A DNA stretch of 64,000 bases. Origin: Felis catus (lineage: Eukaryota). Position 1 is the first letter of the stretch; every line of letters begins with the position of its first letter. The notes beneath the pieces were generated by a model that was not told the origin of the DNA, did not search any database, and was given only the letters and a program-made list of their open reading frames with translations. The stretch covers positions 49,292,001-49,356,000 of the forward strand of contig NC_058382.1 of the NCBI RefSeq assembly GCF_018350175.1. Reading direction: 5' to 3'. Positions 63,991-64,000 of the stretch are shown piece after piece. Both the position numbers and the translations under genes were made by a program.

Positions 63991-64000
63991 GCTTCTCTGT

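Overview
Mammalian genomic DNA, almost certainly from a carnivore and probably a felid: it carries about 40 tRNA-derived Can-SINEs of the GGGGCGCCTGGGTGGCTCAG...(CT)n-A-tail type and a feline-type L1 3' end. The only supportable protein-coding gene is the 3' end of WDR59 (GATOR2 subunit) on the minus strand. Five coding exons (63024-63174, 62856-62928, 61571-61697, 61274-61416, 54218-54453) splice in frame via GT-AG introns into 242 codons plus TGA, ending in the Cys/His-rich zinc-binding C-terminus; the 3' UTR runs to about 53.65-53.72 kb. Bases 1-53.6 kb are repeat-dense intergenic DNA: L1s of several ages (one near full-length decayed copy), L2, L3/CR1, MIR, ERV/MaLR LTRs, Tigger/Charlie/MER53 DNA transposons and microsatellites. 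I see no novel gene system; nearly all other ORFs in the track are repeat-derived or chance. The best leads are a convergent pair of identical 15-bp CTCF motifs 31.5 kb apart, a young L1 with signs of an insertion-mediated deletion and a short 3' transduction, a duplicated-tail SINE inside one TSD, and repeated insertion at the same target sites. Repeat family names come from recalled consensus sequences, not a search, and repeat boundaries are approximate.
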